64,000 nucleotides of DNA from Pelagomonas calceolata. Its lineage: Eukaryota. The position numbers and the translations under genes were made by a program. The notes beneath the pieces were generated by a model. It did no database searches. It was not told the DNA's origin and was given only the letters and a program-made list of their open reading frames with translations. The DNA is taken from NCBI GenBank assembly GCA_918797485.1, contig CAKKNE010000002.1:620001-684000 (forward strand), in the 5' to 3' direction. Positions 32,401 to 41,358 of the stretch are shown piece after piece; the first letter of the stretch is position 1; every line of letters starts with the position of its first letter.

Positions 32401-32559
32401 CAGTCGGCGCGCGAGTTCGTGGTCTTGGGGGGCACGAAGGGCGACCTGCAGAACGACTTGTTGAAGGGCCACGTCTTCCTGCTGTCGTCCGAGGGGCCGG
32501 ACGCGCACGACGTCGACTGGCGGAAGGATCCACGCGTGATCGCGGCGACGATCGGATGA
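29464..32559 (+). CDS. CW-type zinc-finger chromatin protein
   Basis: WAQCDQCQKWRLL...WTC...C (zf-CW); DYGALEPDARLALLDALV resembles WHIM1; 1031-aa ORF. Confidence 0.8.
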   Translation: MAESDDPVASVRDEAPKPSSPRASPAKFDRAMVEAKMRSDGWVTTEKARANAAEGSSRTTDKYYQLHGDPKTYRSLPEVARAYYPDLIGPSDEKLAPKKKKPPATTLRKRDRDAAESLVKKFNEEERRCAVILDENGSDDEDREELRASLTNARWAARRAAQAIDAHEPPFILDAARRPPTKRDYTVRCKALLGSGIEPPRQPGESDEAVQRKRRAKALRDRKWTRPIPCQLPAPPWPSAKRLLEVRSTFAGQREWKRLGDAPFSSLASVSQPFWARFDGDRIPNVQPGSRYVRVRLKSKRLRIASHPTIAAVPLEELDAGVHAAVRAAHAALGRVARARRAKEAVRERMEVASDSEEEEREDDPVVDISGFKYEPRVRSTSPPRSPVRELDMMDDDEDEGDMLCHMAGKLTASTFQGTWAFERNQPLRWPFAFQIAESTIDEHGARVLELKGSFEGGGLTAPVADSFTCTIQKNGQIDGKGRSRFGAYAVRGVLAYDGEEVSLTKRPPHKQRVVTRPVKEEVEADDAWAQCDQCQKWRLLPKNHVVDPNSPWTCEKVGRSCDEVADDAEIVEEEPVLRVNDKDSLLRCHDFLSAFAPALGASPPPLGAVAQMVNLSSPLSPLDERLCYDVHAPLLKCALGDRLFACRRERPADADSEDEEREKKRDVFEDDIEAIVPEDKPEIAPEAEDEPDGAAADWHLDGPYVGAWTNRLVEGASHRRCVGRVEGYLPPEEADFLDKDGKPCALWRIRYVTGELEDELEDVEWHELLESSPRWIRPRVAGGLPSVDKPDKECLKALDEASPVGLWWSSLPGPEHVSRHTLWPALLAACAFRAAKVDADSSVESALAARAIRAASQLRASRADYGALEPDARLALLDALVHACCETWKISAAAAKMRGAAPVQPPAYYDNPLKVDEYKATKKKKAPARKSTNGSRSSAPLPMTAVAALISADVPLRVRQDNPKGGASKARFERYMPAQSAREFVVLGGTKGDLQNDLLKGHVFLLSSEGPDAHDVDWRKDPRVIAATIG

Positions 32560-32636
32560 TTTATAAGGTGCTATTTTATTTATCTTTTTCTTGTGCTCAG
32601 CCGCCTAGCCGCCGCGACCGGCACGAGGCCTGCTTG

Positions 32637-32658
32637 CTAGTGTCTTTACAAGCGCTAG
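32637..32658 (+). promoter_or_regulatory. CTAG-box upstream motif, copy 7
   Basis: ctagtgtctttacaagcgctag, 218 bp upstream of ATG 32876. Confidence 0.7.
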
Positions 32659-32875
32659 CTTCATTTTGTTTTGACAAAAGCGTTTTGTCGCGCTTGCGAC
32701 CAGTGTCGGCTGCGCTGCTGAGCTAACCACTCCGTTGCCAGCAATTCGACTGTGTTGCCGCGCTCCTCAGCTAACCACCGCGCGTTTTGCCGTGGCCTCG
32801 AGTTTGAACTCCATCTGCGGGCGGCTGTTGTTGTCGTGCTCTCCGTCGTTATCCGTAAACCACAAATCGTGACAA

Positions 32876-33877
32876 ATGACCGTCGGCTTCCCGCAGCCGC
32901 TGGGACGGTCGTTCCACGTTCGAAGCCCGCAGCGCGCGAGCCCACTACGCTCGGGCGCGCAGCGCGTGCGCTCGCCGCTGCGGCCCGTCAACAACGCCGC
33001 GGACGCGACGTCTCCGCCGCCCAAGCCGCGCACACCGCCGCGGCCATCGACGCCGCCGCCCGCGCTCTTCAAGTCGTCGCCGCCGAAAGTCTCCACGCCG
33101 AAGGTCTCCACGCCGCTGGCCGTGCGCATGCCGGCGTGCGCGCCGATCCCGCCGCGGACGCCGTCCACGCCGATCGACGCCCTCCGCGGCATTGATGTGG
33201 ACGACGACGCCTGCGCCGCGGACCTCCTCTGCGAGGCCGTCGCATCGCACCGCAAGTCGGTCGCGCTGTCGGCCCGCCGCGCCGCCGCCCCGGCGTCGCC
33301 GGACGAGGCCTGGCCCGCGGCGGAGGAGCCGCCCTCGCCGCCGCCGCCGCCGCTCCCCGAGAGCGACGAAGAGGAACCCGCGGCTCCGGTGAGCGTGGCC
33401 GTGGAGGCGCTCTCGGCCGTCGCGGCGGAGTCGCGCGGCCGCCTGGCGACGGCGCTCCTCGCGTTACTGAATTCGGCGTCCGAGACGGAGCTCCGCGACG
33501 TTTTGGCGGGAATCGGCGCGGTGCGCGCGCGGCTCATCGTCGAGACGCGTTCCGAGCGGCTCTTTGAGTCGCTGGACGACGCGTTCGGCCGCATCGGCCT
33601 CTCGGCGAAGCAGGCCTCCAATCTCACGCTGGCGAACCTGCGGCAGATCCTGGCGTCAAGGCCAACTACGTCGCCGCGGAAGCGCGACGGTGCGAGAGCC
33701 CGCCGCTCGTACCGCAAGTCCGGCCGCGTCCTCGCCCGGAAGGAGGGCGACGACCCCAAGCGAGAGTACCCGGCCACGATCGTGAAGGTGCACGACTGCG
33801 GGACGGTATACGACATCAAGTACGACGACGGCACGACCTGGAAGAACGCGCCGGCGGAGGTCGTGCGGCTGCGCTAG
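32876..33877 (+). CDS. Pro-rich protein with helix-hairpin-helix and Tudor-like domains
   Basis: LNSASETEL..LAGIGAVRARLIVETR...FESLDD (HhH); YPATIVKVHDCGTVYDIKYDDG (Tudor-like). Confidence 0.7.
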   Translation: MTVGFPQPLGRSFHVRSPQRASPLRSGAQRVRSPLRPVNNAADATSPPPKPRTPPRPSTPPPALFKSSPPKVSTPKVSTPLAVRMPACAPIPPRTPSTPIDALRGIDVDDDACAADLLCEAVASHRKSVALSARRAAAPASPDEAWPAAEEPPSPPPPPLPESDEEEPAAPVSVAVEALSAVAAESRGRLATALLALLNSASETELRDVLAGIGAVRARLIVETRSERLFESLDDAFGRIGLSAKQASNLTLANLRQILASRPTTSPRKRDGARARRSYRKSGRVLARKEGDDPKREYPATIVKVHDCGTVYDIKYDDGTTWKNAPAEVVRLR

Positions 33878-33961
33878 GTTTAGCCCCGCGTAAGAAGTGT
33901 CACGAATAAGTATTACACAGACGACTCGCCCCCTTCGTGGGACTTTCGTCGCTCGAGAGGC

Positions 33962-36118
33962 TCACCAGGGAAAGCCTCCGGGGAAGCCGCCACCCTGCAG
34001 CTGAGCTAATAGAGCCTGTCTCTGCGCCAACATCTGAGCTAACTGAGCCTGTCTCTGCGCCTGCAACTGAGCTAATTGGGCTTGTCTCTGAGCCGCCAAC
34101 TGAGCCTGATAAGCCTGGACCGAGGCGACGCCGTTCAAGGCGAACGGCGAGGCGCCTGGTATCGGCGCGGGCATCGGCGGGGCCATGGCCGGCGCAGCCG
34201 CACCTCCGGCCGCAAATGTCAATACAAAGAGCGGCAACTGATACTCTGGCTTGTTCACAACTATGATAGACCCGTTATCGAGCGTCAGGCCAGACTTGTC
34301 GACGAGCACCGCAAATACGAGCATTTTCCGGCCGCCCTTGCAGTAACCAACCGAGATGGCCGCGTTGCCAGGGGCTCCGAAGTACTCGCCCGGACCGTAT
34401 GCCTGGCCCGAGCGGCGCTTCGGGTCGAGGCCGTCGCGGCAGATCGCGTCGATGTTCGCCTCCGCGGTGCCGTGGAAACACAGTTTGACCGTCTGGTCAG
34501 GAACGCGCTGCCACGACTCCACAAACCGGTTATACAAAGGCTTGCCCGGCATCGAGTGCGGGTTCGCGTCGCACGCGGCGATGTGGAGGCCCGACGCGTT
34601 CGTCGCGAGCCAGGACCGGATGGACTTGCGCTGGTCCGCCAGGACGTCCAGCAAACCGGAGTCGTCGACGGCCCAGCCCTCCGGCGTCGCCGGCGAGCGG
34701 TCCTTCGGCTTCGCCTTGCCGACCCAGGAAGGGGTCTGGCCGGGCCGGCCCTTGCGGTCCTTCTCGGCGAGGCGCCGCGCGAGCGCCGCGTCGCCGGACG
34801 TGTCCGGCGCGGCCTTCCGCTTCGACGGCGCCATGCGCACCGGACCACCGTTAAGTTCAGCTTCGAGCTTGCGCGCCAGCGCGCGATCGGACTCGAACGT
34901 GTCCTCGCGCGCCTGGAGCGCCTGGGCCAGTGCCGCGTCGTCGTCGACGTCGTCGACATCGATGACACCGCTCTTCCGCCGCTCGTGGTCCCGCATGATC
35001 TCGTTGAGCGACCTAGCGCGGCCGCCGCTCCGGCCCTTGAACCGATTGAGCTGGCGCTGGAGCTTTTTCGCGTGATCCCTCGGCCGCTCGATGATCTGGA
35101 CGTCGTCGTCGTCGTCGTCCTCGCCATTGTCCTCCGTGAGGTCCACGACGAGCTCCAGCGCCTCCACATCGATCGGCGTCGCGGCATCGCCATCCTTGGT
35201 CCGCGGCTTCTTGGCCGTCTGCGGCGCGGAGGCGGCCGCATCGTCGTCGTCGATAGTGAGGTCGAGTGACGCGGGCGCGTCGGGCGCCTTGCGCTTGGCC
35301 GCCGCGCCGTCATCGTTCGTCAGGTCGACCGGGTCGAGCGACTTCTTGGCCCGCGGCGACGCGCCCCCCTCCGAGGTGTCGCTCGTGAGGTCGACGTCGA
35401 CGGCCGCCTTCGCCTTCTTCGGCGTCTGGCGCGCGCGCGGTGCGTAGGCCGTGCGCGGCCGCTTCTGCAGGGTCTTGGCGCGCCACGCCGCCGCGAGGAG
35501 GGCGTCAGACTCCCGCGACGAGAACGCCACCAATACCACTTCCTTGAGCGACGAGGCGTCCGCTGCCGTCACGAGCGCGTCGAGCGACAGCTCTAGCAGC
35601 CCGCCGAGGTCGCGGTTGCCTCGGAAGATCTTCGCCGAGATCAGCGGAAACGCCACAGTTTCGACCTTCGCGGCGCCGGCCTCTCTGATAGCGGCGCCGT
35701 AGGCCTTCCGGAGGAGGCCGTCGGACTCGGCGTGAGACATGTTTTTCTCCGCGTAATCGGGTCCAACCGCGTGGATCACGGTCTTCACGTTCAAACGTCC
35801 TAGAGAGGTACCTTCCGGGGCGGTCGTCCGCACGGCGTCACCCGTTTCGCAGCGGTCATCGACGCCTGGAAACGGCTTCGGCAGCCGCCGCCGCAGCTTC
35901 CGGAGCTCTTCGCCGCCCGCGCGCGTTATGGCGCCGTCAACGCCTCCACCGCCCTGGCAGCCTCTATTCGCGGCGTTGACAATCGCGCCGCCCTGCTCCG
36001 GAGCGTATGTCACAATGTCGCCCAGCGCGAGGCAGACCTTGCCGCCGTTCTGCAGGTCGTAGTCGGCAATGATCTGCAGATCGCTACCGCGCGTCGGTGA
36101 AGGGGCTAGCTCCGCCAT
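33962..36118 (-). CDS. Macro domain - PARP catalytic domain protein (macro-PARP-like)
   Basis: Macro: GDI, AIVNAAN, GGGGVDGAI, VIHAVGP, AFPLISAKIF. ART: FHGT, YGPGEYF, GYC, YQLPLFVLTF. Q-rich repeat tail. Confidence 0.88.
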   Translation of the reverse strand: MAELAPSPTRGSDLQIIADYDLQNGGKVCLALGDIVTYAPEQGGAIVNAANRGCQGGGGVDGAITRAGGEELRKLRRRLPKPFPGVDDRCETGDAVRTTAPEGTSLGRLNVKTVIHAVGPDYAEKNMSHAESDGLLRKAYGAAIREAGAAKVETVAFPLISAKIFRGNRDLGGLLELSLDALVTAADASSLKEVVLVAFSSRESDALLAAAWRAKTLQKRPRTAYAPRARQTPKKAKAAVDVDLTSDTSEGGASPRAKKSLDPVDLTNDDGAAAKRKAPDAPASLDLTIDDDDAAASAPQTAKKPRTKDGDAATPIDVEALELVVDLTEDNGEDDDDDDVQIIERPRDHAKKLQRQLNRFKGRSGGRARSLNEIMRDHERRKSGVIDVDDVDDDAALAQALQAREDTFESDRALARKLEAELNGGPVRMAPSKRKAAPDTSGDAALARRLAEKDRKGRPGQTPSWVGKAKPKDRSPATPEGWAVDDSGLLDVLADQRKSIRSWLATNASGLHIAACDANPHSMPGKPLYNRFVESWQRVPDQTVKLCFHGTAEANIDAICRDGLDPKRRSGQAYGPGEYFGAPGNAAISVGYCKGGRKMLVFAVLVDKSGLTLDNGSIIVVNKPEYQLPLFVLTFAAGGAAAPAMAPPMPAPIPGASPFALNGVASVQAYQAQLAAQRQAQLAQLQAQRQAQLAQMLAQRQALLAQLQGGGFPGGFPW

Positions 36119-36357
36119 TTGGTACTCGGCGGCACACCGATACGCCGCTGTTCAGTGCACGAGACTGCTTCGCGCGCGCTCGATTACCCTTCTGGGGGCA
36201 GAGCGGTCCCGCTCGGCAAAACGAGCCTTCCAGCGCAAATCGCAGCGCGCGCTGACGCACCGCAGCTCAAACGTGTCCCAGCAAGTGACGCAAGGCGCAA
36301 AAGGGCACCTGGCGCGCCGCCCTGGGACAAAACCGAGTTGACCACGGTTTTGGCTTG

Positions 36358-36380
36358 CTAGTGTCTTTACATGCCGCTAG
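36358..36380 (+). promoter_or_regulatory. CTAG-box upstream motif, copy 8
   Basis: ctagtgtctttacatgccgctag between divergent starts 36118 and 36540. Confidence 0.7.
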
Positions 36381-36539
36381 CTCGTATCGCGCGGCGGCGC
36401 ATTTTGCCTCATCGGCCGCGCTAGCAGTGCAGCAGCGCACTACAGCAGCGACCAACGAGGCCTATCACCACGCACACCGGTTTGATCCGATCTAGCATCG
36501 CTGGCGAATCGAATTTAAAGGAGGAGGCATCCAATCGCC

Positions 36540-38924
36540 ATGCCGGACGTAGCGCTCGAAATCGAAGACGGCCTCCACGCGCAGCAAGAGGCACCGCTCA
36601 CAACCCTGCAGCGGCTAAAGCATTCGATTTGTCCTCCCTCGCGGTCGGCGGACCCGCGCTGCACCGGCTGCGCGAGCGACTCCTTGCTCGAGCTCGCAGC
36701 GAAACCCACGGTCGTTGATAAACTATGGACGCCCCTCAAGGCGCTCGCGCAGAACCCGACGGCGGCGCTTGCCGGCGTCGCAGCTTTATATTTACTCTAC
36801 TGCCTCCTGTATGTGGTGTGGTACCCCTTCGCGTATGTTGGTGGTGAATACTTCGCCTGGTTCGTGTTTCTCTATGTTTTGAGGCGGGGCGGCGCGCTCG
36901 TGGCGCGCTTCGCGGTGTACCCGGGCTCGTTCAAGGCCGTGCGAGACGACGTCGAGAAGTGCTACGCTCGGCGGTTGGAGTCGCGGTTGGACGCTTGTGC
37001 TGCGGCGCTGGAGGCCTACGCGTCGGCTTTACCGCGCGCCTCGACGGGCTTCCTCCCGAACCTGGACGCGCGCCGCCTCTTCCTCGGGAAATGCCGGCGC
37101 GACGCCGAGGCCGCAGCACAACAAGTCCTAAGGCCGCTCGCCGCGGACTTGGATGCGATCATGGGCCGCGGGAGCCACGAACGCGGCGACCTCGCCGACG
37201 CGCCCGAAAGTGTAGCACCACAAGCGCGCGCCGCGCGTGTCGAACTAAGGAGTTGCGTCGTCGCGGCCGCAGACGTGGTGGACGCGGCGCCGAACGATGA
37301 GGACGCGGCGGCAAAATTACTAAGGTGCGCGCGAGCTTTATCGACGGCAGCAGCGGACCTGCACCCCGTCGACGGCGAGGACGCGCCGTCGACCGCGGCC
37401 GCCGCGAGAGTGATGAAGGACGCCGGCGGCTTCATTCTCAGAGCTCTCAAGGGTGGCATCTGCCCGGCGGCTTCGACGGCGACGGCCGGTCTAGGATTGC
37501 TGCGGGCGGAGTTCGTGCGCCGCTACGACGCGCAACAAGTATGGGTCGACGGCGTCGATTGTTGCGTCGTGCCGCCCTTCCAGAAAACTCGAAAACATGA
37601 CGAGGAGGCGCCGCCGCCCTCCCCGAAGAACGGCGGCTGCTGTAGACGGAGGGACGATCCCAATGCTATTGCGCAACCAATAGCCACGGTACTCTTCTTC
37701 TCACCCAACGCTGTCTTGTACGAGTCCTGCGGCATGGCGCCGACAGATGGGGCGTCCTGGGTTGCTACGTATGCTCGTAGAGGTTACCAGGTGGTCCTTT
37801 TTAATGGGAGAGGCTACGGCCGGACGCGGGGCACGCCCGCGCCGGCGAAATCAAAAGCTGACGCGAGAGCCGTCGCCTTGTATCTTCTAGAAAGGTGCCG
37901 CGTGCCCCGGTTACTACTCCACGGTGAAAGTATAGGGGGTCTCGCGGCGTGCGGCACCGCGGCCACGCTCACATCCTCGACGCAGCACCGCGTGGCGTTA
38001 ATTGCGGATCGGACCTTCTCCGACTTGCGGTGCGAGGCCCAGTACCTCACGGGCATCGACGCGGCCGCTCCGTTATTAAGACTCGTGACGGGCTGGTCCG
38101 CCGGCGACACGGACGGAGTGGGCGCGTTTCTGCGGGCGAAGTGCGCCAAGCTCGTGGCCAATGATTGTCGGGACCACATGATCCCCGACGCCGCGTCCCT
38201 CAAGGCGGGCGTCGGCCAGCGTCATCTGTTTGGAGTTGCGGCAGCTACAAGTGTTCATTTGGACGGCGCCTTAAAGCTGTCGGACGCGCGCGGCGAGGCG
38301 CCCTCAAATGAACCGTCGGTGTCTCTCTCGGAAGGAGCCGTGGCGCATCTCGTGGCTTGTGTATGTCATATACATAGAGCGGCGCGCGCGGCGGCGCGGG
38401 CCCACTTCAGCGGCACCCGGACGGCGGGCGCCGACGCGATTCTGGTGGCCGCGTCGATCCTCGGCCGGTGCGACGGCGGCTGCGGGTCTTCATTAGGGCG
38501 CAGCGCCGGGCGCGGTTTGGGCGACGCGCGGGCCTGGGTCGCCGCCTGCGCGGCCTGGCCGGCCGGCGCGGAGCGCGCTTTATTGCGCGCGCGGCTCCGC
38601 GTGCGCCACCACGATGATGAGGAGGAGGACTCGGACTATGAAGATAGTGACGAGGAGCGCGGGCCGCCTCCTTTAACCCTGGCGCAGGCGGCCGACGCGC
38701 TCGCGCGGGTCGTCGCGGCGCGGCGCGCCGATTTGGGAGATGCGGCCGATGCGGTCGCCTACGCCGGAAGATTCTTAGAGCACCTCGCCGCCTTTGATCG
38801 GCCGGCGCCCGACGCGTCCGGCAGCTTCGTGGCCCTCGCGTGCGGCCACAACGCGCCGTGGCGCCGCAAGGAGCGCGACGCGCTCTACGCGTGGCTCGAG
38901 GTGCAGCTGCCGCCGTCGTCTTGA
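36540..38924 (+). CDS. Membrane-anchored alpha/beta hydrolase (ABHD-like)
   Basis: N-terminal TM helices; FNGRGYGRTRGTP, HGESIGG nucleophile elbow, DRTFSDL, DHMI, CGHN. Confidence 0.85.
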   Translation: MPDVALEIEDGLHAQQEAPLTTLQRLKHSICPPSRSADPRCTGCASDSLLELAAKPTVVDKLWTPLKALAQNPTAALAGVAALYLLYCLLYVVWYPFAYVGGEYFAWFVFLYVLRRGGALVARFAVYPGSFKAVRDDVEKCYARRLESRLDACAAALEAYASALPRASTGFLPNLDARRLFLGKCRRDAEAAAQQVLRPLAADLDAIMGRGSHERGDLADAPESVAPQARAARVELRSCVVAAADVVDAAPNDEDAAAKLLRCARALSTAAADLHPVDGEDAPSTAAAARVMKDAGGFILRALKGGICPAASTATAGLGLLRAEFVRRYDAQQVWVDGVDCCVVPPFQKTRKHDEEAPPPSPKNGGCCRRRDDPNAIAQPIATVLFFSPNAVLYESCGMAPTDGASWVATYARRGYQVVLFNGRGYGRTRGTPAPAKSKADARAVALYLLERCRVPRLLLHGESIGGLAACGTAATLTSSTQHRVALIADRTFSDLRCEAQYLTGIDAAAPLLRLVTGWSAGDTDGVGAFLRAKCAKLVANDCRDHMIPDAASLKAGVGQRHLFGVAAATSVHLDGALKLSDARGEAPSNEPSVSLSEGAVAHLVACVCHIHRAARAAARAHFSGTRTAGADAILVAASILGRCDGGCGSSLGRSAGRGLGDARAWVAACAAWPAGAERALLRARLRVRHHDDEEEDSDYEDSDEERGPPPLTLAQAADALARVVAARRADLGDAADAVAYAGRFLEHLAAFDRPAPDASGSFVALACGHNAPWRRKERDALYAWLEVQLPPSS

Positions 38925-38982
38925 GCGTTGGTTTAATTTTATTTATTTATACGATTTTGGCGATCTTCGACGTCTCGAGAAC

Positions 38983-39004
38983 CTAGCGGTCTGTAAGACA
39001 CTAG
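38983..39004 (-). promoter_or_regulatory. CTAG-box upstream motif, copy 9
   Basis: Reverse complement ctagtgtcttacagaccgctag, 200 bp upstream of ATG 39204. Confidence 0.7.
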
Positions 39005-39203
39005 CAAAACGACGATCTGCAGCGCCGCTCGGAGGGAGCTGGGAGCACCACGTAAGGTAGTGAAAGCTCGCCAAGGCTGCCACCGCGGCCTCTCCAGCCG
39101 GCCGGAGGCTGCCCCTACGCGCCGCGGCAGCAAGGGAAGCACCAAGACAGCACATCTACAGCACTCTGCAAAGCACCACCACAAGGCGGCAAGGGAAAGC
39201 ACC

Positions 39204-41348
39204 ATGGTCCTCCACGCCAACCACCAATACCGCATTGGCCCCCAAGGCTCGGCCTACAGCACGGTCACGTCAACGACGGCGGCTTCCACATTACGCACGG
39301 CCTCGATTCGACAAGAAAGGAGTTGTACAAAACTGGCCAAGCCCAAGCACAAGCCCGAGCCGCCGACCGCGCAGTGCCACTTCCGGTATGGCCGCGCGGC
39401 CAAGCAGGTCTACGAGAAGGGTGGGGAAGAAATCACGCAGATCGAGTGGGAAACTTTAAATGCTTCGCTCCGCAAGACGCTGCGCATGCTCGAGCACCGC
39501 GACGCCGAGCGGCAAGCTTTGGCGACGGCGCGCCTTGCTACGGAATTCAAGGACTTCACTCCGAAAATTCCGTGCCCCGAGTACGCGTCTGACTACCAGG
39601 CGTTACTCGCAATTTCGAGAGCGTCGGACCCGCGCATGTGGCGCAAAGGGATGAATGATGGATGGGTCGACCTCGAGAAACAGAGCAACAAGGTCTACAT
39701 CAAGGAGGGGACGGTTGCCGCGTGTCGCGGCGTGACGTGTGCACCCCTGCGCATCGCCGACAAGCTTTTTCGCGTCATCAGGGAACTTTATTTGCCGGGC
39801 CTGGAACTCGGCGACGCGGCCCCGCCGCCGTTCATTCCCATAAGCAAGCTGCGGCACCTCGAGACGTTGGTGTTGGCGGACAACGGCTTCGGCGCCGGCA
39901 AGGAGCTGGCCAACGGCGACACGTACCACAGCGTGCTCGATGACCACCTCGCGGACTTTGACCTGCCGTCCCTCAAGGTGCTTGATTTAACAGGCAACGG
40001 CTTCACGGGCGCGTTCCCTTCTAATGTCGCGGCGCTGACCGGCCTGCGTACTTTACGATTGGGGCGCAACAAGCTGACCGGGCCGCTTCCCGAGGCGTGG
40101 CGGTCGTTACGAAAGCTCGACACGCTCGACGTGCATTCAAATAAATTGACGGGCGAGGCGCTGCCGCCCTGGCTCGTCGAGGGCTGTACATTATTGCGCG
40201 ACTATCGCGCCGGCGACAACCACCTCACGAGTTTGACCGTGCCGGGGCCCTGCGGCCTGCGGCGCGTCGAGCTCTTCGGCAACGACCTCGAGGGGCCGCT
40301 CTCGGAGACCATTTATCTGTGCGCGGAACTACGCTACCTCGACCTGTCGAAGAACAGACTGACGGGCGCCCTGCCCGTCGGTGCCCTGGCCTCCCTGCCC
40401 CTGACCGGGCTCTATCTCGTTGGAAACAGGCTGGCGGACCCCAGCGCCGACGGCGCCGACGTACAGTCGCATTTACCAAAGTGCCTCGTGTCCGTCGACC
40501 GAGGACCGCCCCCGGTCGCGGCGATCGCCGAGACGGTCATGCCCTTCCAAACCTCTGCGGTCGCCGAGCCGCCGCGGCTGGCGCCCGCGCCGGCGCCGGC
40601 GCCATCGACCGCGCTGTACCGCGACGACGAGGCTACTGCGCCGCCGCCGCCCGATGCCGTCGAGGACCTGCGCGACGAGCTCGCCGAGACGGAGCGGCGC
40701 CTCGTGCGTGCTTTGCGCGACGTCGAAGATTTGGAGTGCGACATAAAGGCCCGGCGCCACGACATCCTGGCGGGCATGCCGACGGACGAGGACGTCAAGG
40801 CGTTCGGTCGCATTGGGCGGCCCCCGGCGGCGGCCATGCCGGTTTTCATGTGCCTCTGCCGCCTGGTCTTCCCCGACGAGAAGCTCAAGGACCGTAATGA
40901 TGATGACAAGAACTGGAAGAAGCTGCGGGCGTACCTCCTGCGGGACCGGAACACCATCCTGGACGCGATACAGGCCTTCGATGCGCACGCCCACCGCGCG
41001 GCGCTCGCGGAGCTCCAGACGCAGTACTTCGCCGAGGTCCGGCCCGAGCAGTTCGCGTCGCGCCGGACGTGGGCGACCTGTATCGCGGAGACGCGGCCGC
41101 CGCTTTCCGACACCGCAGTTGCGCGCCTAACGGCGGTCGCGACGTTCTGCGGGCGGTGGCTCAAAGACCTGCCGGAACGGCTCGAGATGCAGGACCGCAT
41201 CGAGGCGCTCGGCGAAGAGGTCAAGGACCTCCAGGCGAGCCGGCGGGAGACCTTCCGGCGGACTCGAGATCTCCGAAGCACGGCGGACAAGCTGCTCGAG
41301 ACGACGCTCCGGAATCGCGATACGCCCGAATTTTACTCCTACTACTAA
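39204..41348 (+). CDS. Leucine-rich-repeat protein with C-terminal coiled coil and dynein-stalk-like segment
   Basis: LxxLxLxxNxLtGxlP repeats (LKVLDLTGNGFTGAFP, LRTLRLGRNKLTGPLP, LRYLDLSKNRLTGALP); two coiled coils bracketing a helical domain. Confidence 0.8.
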   Translation: MVLHANHQYRIGPQGSAYSTVTSTTAASTLRTASIRQERSCTKLAKPKHKPEPPTAQCHFRYGRAAKQVYEKGGEEITQIEWETLNASLRKTLRMLEHRDAERQALATARLATEFKDFTPKIPCPEYASDYQALLAISRASDPRMWRKGMNDGWVDLEKQSNKVYIKEGTVAACRGVTCAPLRIADKLFRVIRELYLPGLELGDAAPPPFIPISKLRHLETLVLADNGFGAGKELANGDTYHSVLDDHLADFDLPSLKVLDLTGNGFTGAFPSNVAALTGLRTLRLGRNKLTGPLPEAWRSLRKLDTLDVHSNKLTGEALPPWLVEGCTLLRDYRAGDNHLTSLTVPGPCGLRRVELFGNDLEGPLSETIYLCAELRYLDLSKNRLTGALPVGALASLPLTGLYLVGNRLADPSADGADVQSHLPKCLVSVDRGPPPVAAIAETVMPFQTSAVAEPPRLAPAPAPAPSTALYRDDEATAPPPPDAVEDLRDELAETERRLVRALRDVEDLECDIKARRHDILAGMPTDEDVKAFGRIGRPPAAAMPVFMCLCRLVFPDEKLKDRNDDDKNWKKLRAYLLRDRNTILDAIQAFDAHAHRAALAELQTQYFAEVRPEQFASRRTWATCIAETRPPLSDTAVARLTAVATFCGRWLKDLPERLEMQDRIEALGEEVKDLQASRRETFRRTRDLRSTADKLLETTLRNRDTPEFYSYY

Positions 41349-41358
41349 GTACATTGTC

